From an uncultured delta proteobacterium (lineage in GTDB: Bacteria > Desulfobacterota > Desulfobulbia > Desulfobulbales > BM004): DNA of 64,000 nucleotides. The position numbers and the translations under genes are program-made. The stretch lies in NCBI GenBank assembly GCA_963783905.1, contig CAWAPG010000002.1, forward strand, positions 65,032 through 129,031, written 5' to 3'. The notes beneath the pieces are model-generated. The model was not told where the DNA came from, made no database searches, and was given only the letters and a program-made list of their open reading frames with translations. Of the stretch, positions 55,563-64,000 are shown one piece after another; the first letter of the stretch is position 1; each line of letters opens with the position of its first letter.

Positions 55563-58500
55563 GTGACAAGGCTGAAAATAGAAGCAGGCAACCTCATAAG
55601 TTACTTTCCCGCACGGGATGAAGCTCGTGAAGCCCTCCGGCAGTTAAAGAAGAAGGGTTTCCACCGCACCGCACTGGTGCACAAAACTGCGGGTGGAGAT
55701 CTACGCAAATGGGACCCCTTCATTTGGCGCCGGGTTATCGGGATGACCCTTGTCGCCATCTTGTTCGGGGGGGTCACCGGTATCGCTTCCATGGTCTTCC
55801 CCCGGCCGTCGTGGGTTATTCTCGGAACCTTATCCGGAACGACTTTAATCCTGATCGGTGGATTAATCGGCAGCCTCCTCGGAATGATATGGATACGACG
55901 TTCGAAGTACGGCGTCGATCGTATATTGCTCAAGGATCACGCCCGATGGTTAGTATCTGAAGAAACGCTCCTTGTTATCCAGGCACCGCTCGAAAACTTG
56001 CGACTGGCAGTGGCGGTACTTCGGGAAAGCAGTGACATCCCGCCTACGGTCTTTGTTTTGCATCCAAAACGCGAGCGGCGCAGAGACATGCGAAGCCCCG
56101 GGGTCTTTCTCTCCCCGACCCAATTGAAGGAACATGCCCGGCGCCTTGCCAAAGATCATCAAGTAGAGCAAAAACCACAAGGGAACGATGAATTACTCAA
56201 GCGTATCAAAAGAGCCCATCAGTGGGTCTGTCAAATTTGCTCGGATCTGACTGAAGCGAGCCGATTGGAACAGAGTGCGACCCCGGTCGCTGAGTGGATC
56301 ATTGATAATGAGTTCATTCTCGAGGGCAACATCCGTGACATACTCCTGAACCTGCCACGGCACTTTTACCGGCAACTGCCCGCGCTTGACAGTGAGCCCT
56401 CTCGGGGGTTGCCGCGCATCTACGAAATGGCGAAAGAGCTTGTCTTCCCTACGGACCTCCGCCTCGACCGGGAAAACATCCCGGCCTTTATTGAAGCCTA
56501 TCAATCTGTGTCCCCGCTGACCATTGGTGAACTATGGGCGCTGCCCCAGATGCTGCGCATCGCCTTGATTGAGAGTATAGAGAATCTCGCCATTAAAGCC
56601 CTTACTGACTTGCAAGAGCTGCAAGTCGCTGATTTCTGGGCAAACAGGCTGATTGCATCAACCCGGAGGGATCCAAACCAACTCTTCTCTATCCTGGCAG
56701 ATCTTGCTGAAAAGAAACCAAATCCGACACCCTTTTTTGCTTCTCAACTTGTCAGCCGTCTCTATGACGAGGCAGCCGCCTTAGTGCCCGTTCAGAGCTG
56801 GCTTGAACGAACTCTCCGAAAATCATTGAATGATCTCAACCAGCGTGAGCAAAATCGCCAGACCAAAGATCAGATATCTATAGGAAATGCATTTACCAGT
56901 TTACGCCTGCTCTCTCTGTTGGACTGGAGAGAAATTTTCGAGCAGCTCAGCCGGGTGGAACAGCGGCTTCGACTTGATCCATCAGGCGTTTATCCTTTAA
57001 TGGATTTTGATACACGGGATCGATATCGTCGAGCGATTGAAGAATTATCCCGGGGGGCCGGTCAGACTGAAGAACAAGTGGCTCAAGACGCTGTCGAAAT
57101 GGCAAGAAAAGCCCTGCATGAATCGGCAAAGGATGTGCGATGGATTCACGTCGGCACCTATTTGATCGGCAAAGGAAGGCGACAGCTTGCCCGGGCCATA
57201 AGGTGTTATGAAACACCACGTTACCGCTTTGTGCAATGGATATACCGGCATCATTCTCTCGTATACTTCACTGGTTTCAGCTTTTTCACCATGGCACTCA
57301 TTTTCCTTGTCATCGAATTCGGCATGCAAGATGACTCGCCCGGCGCCCGGCTCTTAATGGCTTTCCTCATGCTGATCCCCATCAGCCAACTTGCGCTTGA
57401 GCTAATCAATTACCTCATCACCCGGCTTCTGCCCCCCCGCGTCTTACCCAAAATGGATTTTGAGGAATCGAGCATTCCCGATAAATTCCGAACTCTGGTC
57501 GTTGTTCCCATAATGATGGTGGACGAGAAGACCATCCGGGCCGAGGTGGAGAAGCTTGAAATCCGTTACCTGGCCAACAAGGACGACAACCTGTTCTTCA
57601 GCCTCTTCACCGATTATATGGATTCGGATCAATTTCACCATGAGGATGAGGAGCAACTCCTTCAAATTGCCATCGAAAGCCTCAAAGGTCTCAATGACCG
57701 GTATGGTGGTGAACGCTTCTTTTTATTCCATCGAAACCGTACCTGGAGCGAGTCCGAGCAAAAATTTATCGGTTGGGAACGTAAGCGCGGCAAACTGGAG
57801 GAACTCAACAGCCTGATTGATGGAACGCGGCCTGAAGATGCAGAGTCCTTGGTCTTCGTCGGCGACCCGAATCGTCTTTCGAACGTGAGGTTCGTCATTA
57901 CCCTGGACAGCGATACACAGCTACCTCATGGCACTGCCCGGAAAATGATCGAGACGCTTGCGCATCCTCTGAACCAGCCGCGATTCGATGGTGAAGGCAG
58001 GATTATGGCCGGCACCTATACCATTATCCAACCGCGCGTCAGCCTGACTCTTCCGAGCACAAGCGCTTCGCCATTCAGTCGGCTCTTCGCGGACGCGGTC
58101 GGCATTGATCCATATACCAATGCTGTTTCCGATGTCTACCAGGATCTCACCGGTGAAGGGTCTTACCATGGAAAGGGTATTTATGATGTGCGCGCCTTCA
58201 GTCGTGTGCTTTCAGGAAAGTTCCCTGAAGAGCGGATACTGAGCCACGATTTGATAGAAGGGGCTCATGTCCGGGTCGGCCTGGCCAGTGATATTGAACT
58301 ATATGATGAATTTCCCAAGGGGTACCTGATCTATATCAACCGCCAGCATCGCTGGATTCGCGGTGATTGGCAAATCGCGGATTGGATCCTGCCGCGTGTT
58401 CCCCAACCGGATGATAGGAGAGGTATAAACCCCCTCTCCCTATTCAACCGGTGGAAAATTTTTGACAACTTACGCCGGAGCCTGATTCCTGTGGCCAGCC

Positions 58501-61500
58501 TGACCCTGCTTATTGCCTCCTGGCTTATATCCGCTCAGTTGGTTTGGATTTCTACCCTTGTGGTTTTTCTGCAAATGTTTTTTGATCCTTTGGCGCAGCA
58601 TTTTACAATGGTGACCAGCCGCCAGGGGTTGAAGAGTTTCTCCTTTTCAAAGGTGCTCCATGATCTTTTGCGAGTAGCTGCTGACGCGGCATTGCTCCCG
58701 CATCAGGCCGGCCTGGCTTTAGATGCCATCGTGCGGGTTTATTACCGCCGCTTGATTTCCCACCGGGGCTTGCTCGAGTGGTCTTCGGCCCAGGCGAGTC
58801 CGGGCAAGAATCCCGGTGGGCAGTTACTGTATAGAGCTTCCCTGGGCCTGGTGACCCTGTTCAGCGTAATTGTCGGCTGGGCCGTACAGTTTTCGATGCC
58901 ATCACATCTTGTGTTGGCGGGCCCCTGGCTCATCTTGTGGTTTTTTTCTCCTTTGCTCGGCTGGTATTTGATTTACCGGCCACCCGGCAAACCAAAGCAA
59001 ATACTGCTGCCCTTAAAGGACAAATATTTTCTGCGGAAGATCGCCCGGCGAACCTGGCGCTATTTTTCGGATTTTGTCAATGATGAGTCCTCCTGGCTCC
59101 CGCCGGACAACTACCAGGTTTCGCATCAGGACCGGCTGGCAATGCGAACCAGTCCAACGAATATTGCCCTCTGGCTGCTTAGTGTTCAGGCTGCCCATGA
59201 TTTTGGATATCTGACTGTTGATCAGGTCGTCGAAAAGCTGGAACATTCCATGCAAACAATCGGCAAACTGGAGCGCTTTGAGGGGCATCTGCTGAACTGG
59301 TACGATATTCAATCACTGACCCCTCTTGAACCCCGCTACGTATCTTCCGTGGACAGCGGCAACCTGCTTTGCGCCTTGTGGACTCTGGAGAATGGACTTG
59401 ATGAGCTGGTCCGGAAACCGGTAATGGGGGCAAAAATCTTTGCAGGTCTGCGTGACACCGCCGAAGAAATCATGGGACTGGTTGCCGAGCGGGAAAGTGC
59501 TGTCGGTTTTGATGCACGGTCCCTGGGCGAATTGATCCGCGCCTCGGAGTCTCCGCCAACCCGCATCGTCAACACCTTGCGACTGCTGCGAAAAACGGCT
59601 GGCGACGTAAGATTTCTGGCCAATAAGGCCTGCTCTTCCAAGGCCGTTCCCGCCGAAACCGCCTATTGGGTCGGACAGATGGAAAAGCAGCATACGAACT
59701 GCCTGGAAATCGCCGATCGCTATCTCACCTGGATCGAAATCCTTGCTGAAAAAAAGGAGGAGGAGATCGCCGAGTTGGTTCCGGAGGCTGCGCAAGCAAT
59801 CCGCAAGAACCTGTCACAAGCGCCATCGCTTATCGATCTCGCCAACGGGCAAATCCAGTGTATCCATATTCTCCAGTCGATCCGCGAGACGGCTCCTTCG
59901 TCCGCGATCTCCCTGCTCGAATGGCTTGACCGTATTATTGCGGCATTCGAACAGTCGAAATGGCTGGCCGGCGAAATGCTCGGATCAGTTGCACGGCTCG
60001 GCCAAAATGTCCGGGACTTATCCGAAGCGATCAACATGCGCTTCTTATATGACCGGAAAAGGCGTTTATTCTCAATCGGCTACAATGTCTCCGAAGGCCG
60101 CTTGGACAATTCCTACTATGATCTTCTGGCGAGCGAAGCACGGCTGGGAAGCTATGTTGCCATTGCCCGGGGAGACGTTCCGCTTGAACATTGGTTCTCC
60201 ATGAGCCGCCCCTTTAATGCCATCGGTCGCAGGCGTGTGCTGCTCAGTTGGACCGGTACCATGTTCGAATACCTGATGCCGCTTCTTTTTCAACGCTCTT
60301 ACCGGAACTCTCTCCTGGATAAGGCAATGCGTGAAGCCGTGACCATCCAAATTGCCTATGGTCGCAAGCGGCGGGTGCCCTGGGGAATATCGGAGTCTGC
60401 CTATGGTGATCTGGACCTTAACAAGACCTATCAATATAGGGCCTTTGGCGTGCCGGAACTCGGCTTGAAGCGTGGCCTGGAAGAGGAGGTGGTTGTTGCA
60501 CCCTATGCCACCCTTCTGGCCATCAATATTGAACCGGATGAGACTGTAAGGAACCTGAAAAGGTTGGCCGAGTTAGGGCTTCTGCAGGAATACGGTTATT
60601 ACGAAGCAATGGATTTCAGCCGGCAATCGAGCCGGGGGGGGGAGGGTGGCCTGGTTGTCCGGGCATACATGGCTCATCATCAGGGCATGGGTTTTCTGTC
60701 ATTATCCAACTTTCTCCATGGTAATCCCCTCCAGCGGCGGTTCCATGCCGACCCGCGCGTACTGGCCTTTGAGCCGATTCTCCAGGAGAGGATCCCCCTT
60801 CATCCCCCGCTGCACCACATCGCCATGCGTGAAAGAGTTTCTTCTTTGGTCAGGATCGGGGAAGTCACCCCCTCGGTAAGCAAATTCGACACCCCCAACA
60901 CCAAAACGCCGAAGACCCAGATGCTCAGCAATGGCCGTTATGGTCTGATGATTACCAACTCGGGCGGTGGATACAGCCAATGGGGCGGCCATGAGATAAC
61001 CCGCTGGAGAGGGGATCGGACCCTGGATCCATGGGGAGTCTTTTGCTACATCCATGAAGCCGGTTCAGGACGATTATGGTCAAACACTTATAATCCGGTG
61101 GGCGGCAAGCTTGAAGGATATAACGTCGATTTTGCCCTCGACCGTGCCGTTTTCCGCCGGACCGACAAAGGCATCCAAACCAATACCGAGATTGTCGTCT
61201 CACCGGAAGATGACGTCGAGATTCGGCGCATTACCCTGATAAACATGTCCGGTCGTTCGCGCCGGCTGGATATTACGAGCTACGTTGAGCTCTCGATGGC
61301 GCCCCATAATGCGGACAGACAACATCCGGCCTTCAATAAGATGTTTATCCAAACCGAATCAGTGCCCGAACAACAGGTGCTTCTTGCTTTCCGCCGCCCC
61401 CGCAAGGAAAACGACCCGCCAATCTTCGTCGGGCACCGCTTTACGATTGAACACCCCCAGGATGAAAGCCTGCGGTTCGAAACCGACCGGCGCTCATTCA

Positions 61501-64000
61501 TCGGCCGGGGGAGGACGCTGGCCAACCCGATGGGGGCTTTCCAGGAACCCGGCAATAACCAGGGGTTTGTCCTGGACCCGATCCTCAGCCTGCGGCAGAG
61601 TGTCACCCTGGAGGCCGGCCAGACCGTTCAGGTATCGATGGTTCTCGCCGCCGCCGAGACCCGCCCACAGATCCTGACCATGATGGACAAGTTCAGCGAT
61701 CCCCATGCCATCGAACGGACTATGGATGTGGCCTGGGCCAGCGCCCAACTGGAGCTGCGATTGCTCAGAATCCAGTCCGATGAAGCCCGCCGCTTTCAGC
61801 AGCTGGCAAGTCACCTGCTGTTTCCCAACCCGTTGCTGCGACCTCCGGAAGACCGCATAGTCAAGAACCGCAAAGGTCAAGCCGGCCTCTGGCCCTATGG
61901 CATCTCCGGCGACCTGCCGATTGCCCTGGTCACTATCTCCGAGACCCGGGATATCAGCCTGGTGCGGCAAATGCTCCAGGCTCATACCTATTGGCGCAGG
62001 CACGGCCTAATCGTGGACCTGGTGATCATCAACGAGGAAGCGGGGGGCTATGAGCGGCCGCTGCGGGAACGGCTCGAAAGTCTGGTCCAGGCGCATTCGG
62101 TCTTTACCGGGATTGATCAGCCCGGCGGAACTTTTCTGATCAGTGCCGATCAGATTCCCAAGGAAGATTTGACCCTGCTCATGGCTGTTGCATGCGAGGT
62201 GTTGGTTGCCGCCCGCGGCACATTGCCCCAGCAGTTAGGCGTCTCAGGAGAGGTCCCCGAACTGCCCGAACCTATGGCGGCGCGAATTGTGCCCCGCGAT
62301 CCTTCACTTCAGCTGCCCTTTCTAGAATTAGATTACTTCAACAGCCTCGGCGGTTTCACTCACGATAGGCGTGAGTACGCAATCTATCTCGGCCCTGACA
62401 CCCATACACCCGCACCTTGGGTGAATGTAATCGCCAACCCTACTTTCGGCACCCTGGTCAGTGAAACGGGGGCCGGGTTCACCTGGTATGGCAACAGTCA
62501 GCGCAATCGCCTTACCCAGTGGTCAAATGACCCGGTGATGGATCCATCGGCCGAAGCCGTGTATATCCGCGATGAGGAAAGCGGCCTGTGCTGGACGCCG
62601 ACTGCGATGCCGATTCGCGAGGAAACCGCCTATCGGGCCAGGCATGGGGCCGGCTACACGGTATTCGAGCATAACAGTAACGGCATCGAGCAGGAGCTGA
62701 CGGTCTTCGTGCCGGTTGATGAACAGGGCGGCGAGCCGATCAAGCTCCAGAGGCTGCAGTTGAAGAACGACTCGGGCAGGGCTCGCCGGCTGTCGATCAC
62801 CTACTATGTCGAATGGACCCTGGGCGAGAGCCGTGAGGCTTCGCAAATGCATGTGGTGACCTCCTGGGATGAGGAATTCCAGGTCCTGCTCGCCCGCAAC
62901 CGCTATCATCCCGATTATGGAGATCGCTTGGCCTTCGCGGCCCTGAGCGAGTCGGTCGAGTCATACAGCGGCGACCGCACAACCTTCATCGGCCGCAATC
63001 AATCACTGCGGAACCCCAAGGCGATGAAGCGGACCAGGCTTTCAGACCAGGTAGGGGCGGGCTTTGACCCTTGTGCCGCACTGCGGGTTACACTTGAGAT
63101 CGCTCCTGGCGAAACAGCTGAAATAACATGCATGTTGGGCCAGGGCGAGTCAATGGAGGAAGTCCATAAGCTGGTGCAGACTTACCGGGAAAGTTTGGTG
63201 TTAAATACCGCGCTGAGCCAAACAAAAGCATGGTGGGATGAACAGTTGGGCGTGATCGAAGTGCATACCCCCGAACTTGCAGCAGACCTGATGATCAACC
63301 GATGGCTTCTATACCAAAGCCTGAGCTGTCGGATCTGGGGACGGTCCGCTTTCTACCAGTCCAGCGGCGCCTTCGGCTTTCGTGATCAATTGCAGGACGT
63401 TATGGCTTTTCTTTACTCGAATCCTGAACTGGCGCGAGAGCATATCCTGCTGGCGGCAAGCCATCAGTTCAAGGAGGGCGATGTCCAGCACTGGTGGCAT
63501 CCACCAGGCGGGGCAGGTATCCGTTCACGTATTTCCGATGACCTGCTGTGGCTTCCCTATGTTGTTGCTCAGTATGTCCGGATAACCGGCGATGTGGAAA
63601 TACTGCATTCGGAAATACTCTTTCTGGACGCACCTCTGCTGGAAGACGATCAGCATGAAATTTTTCTTGCTCCTGACCTCTCGTCCGAAGGCGGCACCCT
63701 GTTTGAGCACTGTCAACGGGCGGTCACCTGCGGTCTGACAACAGGGTCCAATGGTTTGCCCCTGATGGGTACAGGGGACTGGAACGATGGAATGAACCTT
63801 GTGGGTGCCGGCGGTAAAGGAGAAAGCGTTTGGTTGGCGTGGTTCCTTGTGGATGTGCTTCAGGGTATGGTTGAATTATCAGATTTACTGGAACTGCCGG
63901 ATCTGAGCCAAGCCTATCAGCAAGACAGGAAAGCCCTGATTCAATGCGTCGAACTTTCGGCTTGGGATGGGGATTGGTATTTTCGGGCGACCTTTGACGA
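55563..64000 (+). CDS. cyclic beta-1,2-glucan synthase-like giant protein (N-terminal membrane module + GT84 glycosyltransferase + GH94 phosphorylase domain), 3-prime partial
   Basis: The frame (codon starts divisible by 3) is open from the TAA at 55545-55547 to the window end. No complete + ORF in this frame appears in the track, consistent with an unclosed ORF. Motifs: AEWIIDNEFILEGNIRD...LPRIYEMAKEL, GT84 FVITLDSDTQLP, and GH94-type VRAYMAHHQGM, YQSSGAFGFRDQLQD, AWDGDWYFRATFD. The start is tentatively GTG 55563. Confidence 0.9.
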   Translation, partial: MTRLKIEAGNLISYFPARDEAREALRQLKKKGFHRTALVHKTAGGDLRKWDPFIWRRVIGMTLVAILFGGVTGIASMVFPRPSWVILGTLSGTTLILIGGLIGSLLGMIWIRRSKYGVDRILLKDHARWLVSEETLLVIQAPLENLRLAVAVLRESSDIPPTVFVLHPKRERRRDMRSPGVFLSPTQLKEHARRLAKDHQVEQKPQGNDELLKRIKRAHQWVCQICSDLTEASRLEQSATPVAEWIIDNEFILEGNIRDILLNLPRHFYRQLPALDSEPSRGLPRIYEMAKELVFPTDLRLDRENIPAFIEAYQSVSPLTIGELWALPQMLRIALIESIENLAIKALTDLQELQVADFWANRLIASTRRDPNQLFSILADLAEKKPNPTPFFASQLVSRLYDEAAALVPVQSWLERTLRKSLNDLNQREQNRQTKDQISIGNAFTSLRLLSLLDWREIFEQLSRVEQRLRLDPSGVYPLMDFDTRDRYRRAIEELSRGAGQTEEQVAQDAVEMARKALHESAKDVRWIHVGTYLIGKGRRQLARAIRCYETPRYRFVQWIYRHHSLVYFTGFSFFTMALIFLVIEFGMQDDSPGARLLMAFLMLIPISQLALELINYLITRLLPPRVLPKMDFEESSIPDKFRTLVVVPIMMVDEKTIRAEVEKLEIRYLANKDDNLFFSLFTDYMDSDQFHHEDEEQLLQIAIESLKGLNDRYGGERFFLFHRNRTWSESEQKFIGWERKRGKLEELNSLIDGTRPEDAESLVFVGDPNRLSNVRFVITLDSDTQLPHGTARKMIETLAHPLNQPRFDGEGRIMAGTYTIIQPRVSLTLPSTSASPFSRLFADAVGIDPYTNAVSDVYQDLTGEGSYHGKGIYDVRAFSRVLSGKFPEERILSHDLIEGAHVRVGLASDIELYDEFPKGYLIYINRQHRWIRGDWQIADWILPRVPQPDDRRGINPLSLFNRWKIFDNLRRSLIPVASLTLLIASWLISAQLVWISTLVVFLQMFFDPLAQHFTMVTSRQGLKSFSFSKVLHDLLRVAADAALLPHQAGLALDAIVRVYYRRLISHRGLLEWSSAQASPGKNPGGQLLYRASLGLVTLFSVIVGWAVQFSMPSHLVLAGPWLILWFFSPLLGWYLIYRPPGKPKQILLPLKDKYFLRKIARRTWRYFSDFVNDESSWLPPDNYQVSHQDRLAMRTSPTNIALWLLSVQAAHDFGYLTVDQVVEKLEHSMQTIGKLERFEGHLLNWYDIQSLTPLEPRYVSSVDSGNLLCALWTLENGLDELVRKPVMGAKIFAGLRDTAEEIMGLVAERESAVGFDARSLGELIRASESPPTRIVNTLRLLRKTAGDVRFLANKACSSKAVPAETAYWVGQMEKQHTNCLEIADRYLTWIEILAEKKEEEIAELVPEAAQAIRKNLSQAPSLIDLANGQIQCIHILQSIRETAPSSAISLLEWLDRIIAAFEQSKWLAGEMLGSVARLGQNVRDLSEAINMRFLYDRKRRLFSIGYNVSEGRLDNSYYDLLASEARLGSYVAIARGDVPLEHWFSMSRPFNAIGRRRVLLSWTGTMFEYLMPLLFQRSYRNSLLDKAMREAVTIQIAYGRKRRVPWGISESAYGDLDLNKTYQYRAFGVPELGLKRGLEEEVVVAPYATLLAINIEPDETVRNLKRLAELGLLQEYGYYEAMDFSRQSSRGGEGGLVVRAYMAHHQGMGFLSLSNFLHGNPLQRRFHADPRVLAFEPILQERIPLHPPLHHIAMRERVSSLVRIGEVTPSVSKFDTPNTKTPKTQMLSNGRYGLMITNSGGGYSQWGGHEITRWRGDRTLDPWGVFCYIHEAGSGRLWSNTYNPVGGKLEGYNVDFALDRAVFRRTDKGIQTNTEIVVSPEDDVEIRRITLINMSGRSRRLDITSYVELSMAPHNADRQHPAFNKMFIQTESVPEQQVLLAFRRPRKENDPPIFVGHRFTIEHPQDESLRFETDRRSFIGRGRTLANPMGAFQEPGNNQGFVLDPILSLRQSVTLEAGQTVQVSMVLAAAETRPQILTMMDKFSDPHAIERTMDVAWASAQLELRLLRIQSDEARRFQQLASHLLFPNPLLRPPEDRIVKNRKGQAGLWPYGISGDLPIALVTISETRDISLVRQMLQAHTYWRRHGLIVDLVIINEEAGGYERPLRERLESLVQAHSVFTGIDQPGGTFLISADQIPKEDLTLLMAVACEVLVAARGTLPQQLGVSGEVPELPEPMAARIVPRDPSLQLPFLELDYFNSLGGFTHDRREYAIYLGPDTHTPAPWVNVIANPTFGTLVSETGAGFTWYGNSQRNRLTQWSNDPVMDPSAEAVYIRDEESGLCWTPTAMPIREETAYRARHGAGYTVFEHNSNGIEQELTVFVPVDEQGGEPIKLQRLQLKNDSGRARRLSITYYVEWTLGESREASQMHVVTSWDEEFQVLLARNRYHPDYGDRLAFAALSESVESYSGDRTTFIGRNQSLRNPKAMKRTRLSDQVGAGFDPCAALRVTLEIAPGETAEITCMLGQGESMEEVHKLVQTYRESLVLNTALSQTKAWWDEQLGVIEVHTPELAADLMINRWLLYQSLSCRIWGRSAFYQSSGAFGFRDQLQDVMAFLYSNPELAREHILLAASHQFKEGDVQHWWHPPGGAGIRSRISDDLLWLPYVVAQYVRITGDVEILHSEILFLDAPLLEDDQHEIFLAPDLSSEGGTLFEHCQRAVTCGLTTGSNGLPLMGTGDWNDGMNLVGAGGKGESVWLAWFLVDVLQGMVELSDLLELPDLSQAYQQDRKALIQCVELSAWDGDWYFRATFD

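Noticed and set aside
55601-63716. About 25 minus-strand and out-of-frame + ORFs (60-170 aa) listed across the last 8 kb
   Set aside because: All overlap the single long + strand frame that carries the glucan synthase motifs. None has an independent motif or an SD.

Overview
This 64-kb chromosomal window has gene families and codon style typical of a Desulfobacterota (deltaproteobacterial, sulfur-cycling anaerobe) genome; that assignment is inference. All calls rest on motif recognition in the ORF translations and on reading the DNA by eye, with no database search. I support about 60 genes. From 0 to about 44.5 kb the content is mostly housekeeping or physiological. It includes a rhodanese and a CoA-disulfide-reductase/rhodanese fusion, CopA with a divergent Cys-rich mini-protein, and a four-subunit 2-oxoacid:ferredoxin oxidoreductase. 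It also holds malic enzyme, a Cache/PAS histidine kinase with a NarL-type regulator, a DASS permease, TRAP DctPQM and a run of small signalling or zinc-ribbon genes. A complete ATP-grasp / alpha-E / Anbu / transglutaminase operon, a MORN-SH3 protein and an EmrAB-like pump follow. From about 44.9 to 55.4 kb the region looks accessory: lower GC, a degraded recombinase-like remnant, an IS200 copy, a Ser/Thr kinase-phosphatase pair, UspA, an MtrA-like/DUF4346 gene, PilZ, a cupin and a ZraP-like protein. The last 8.4 kb (55563 to beyond 64000, + strand) is one open frame for a cyclic beta-1,2-glucan synthase-like giant. It runs off the window, so it is absent from the supplied ORF track, and the many minus-strand ORFs listed there are shadows. 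The findings most worth a second look are these. (1) An in-frame TGA joins a small Cys-rich ORF to the MtrA-like ORF, giving a U-x-x-C motif with a SECIS-like hairpin, so this is a candidate selenoprotein. (2) Two inverted copies of a roughly 100-bp element (core 55/58 identical) bracket the 3-kb MtrA-like/IS200/PilZ segment. (3) The Anbu operon has a divergent two-CW gene and a perfect 21-bp tandem dyad repeat upstream. (4) A G-domain-less IF2 C-terminal paralog sits next to a Rho_N-domain protein. (5) An orphan 46-aa membrane peptide gene has its own promoter and double terminator. I saw no CRISPR array, rRNA or tRNA.
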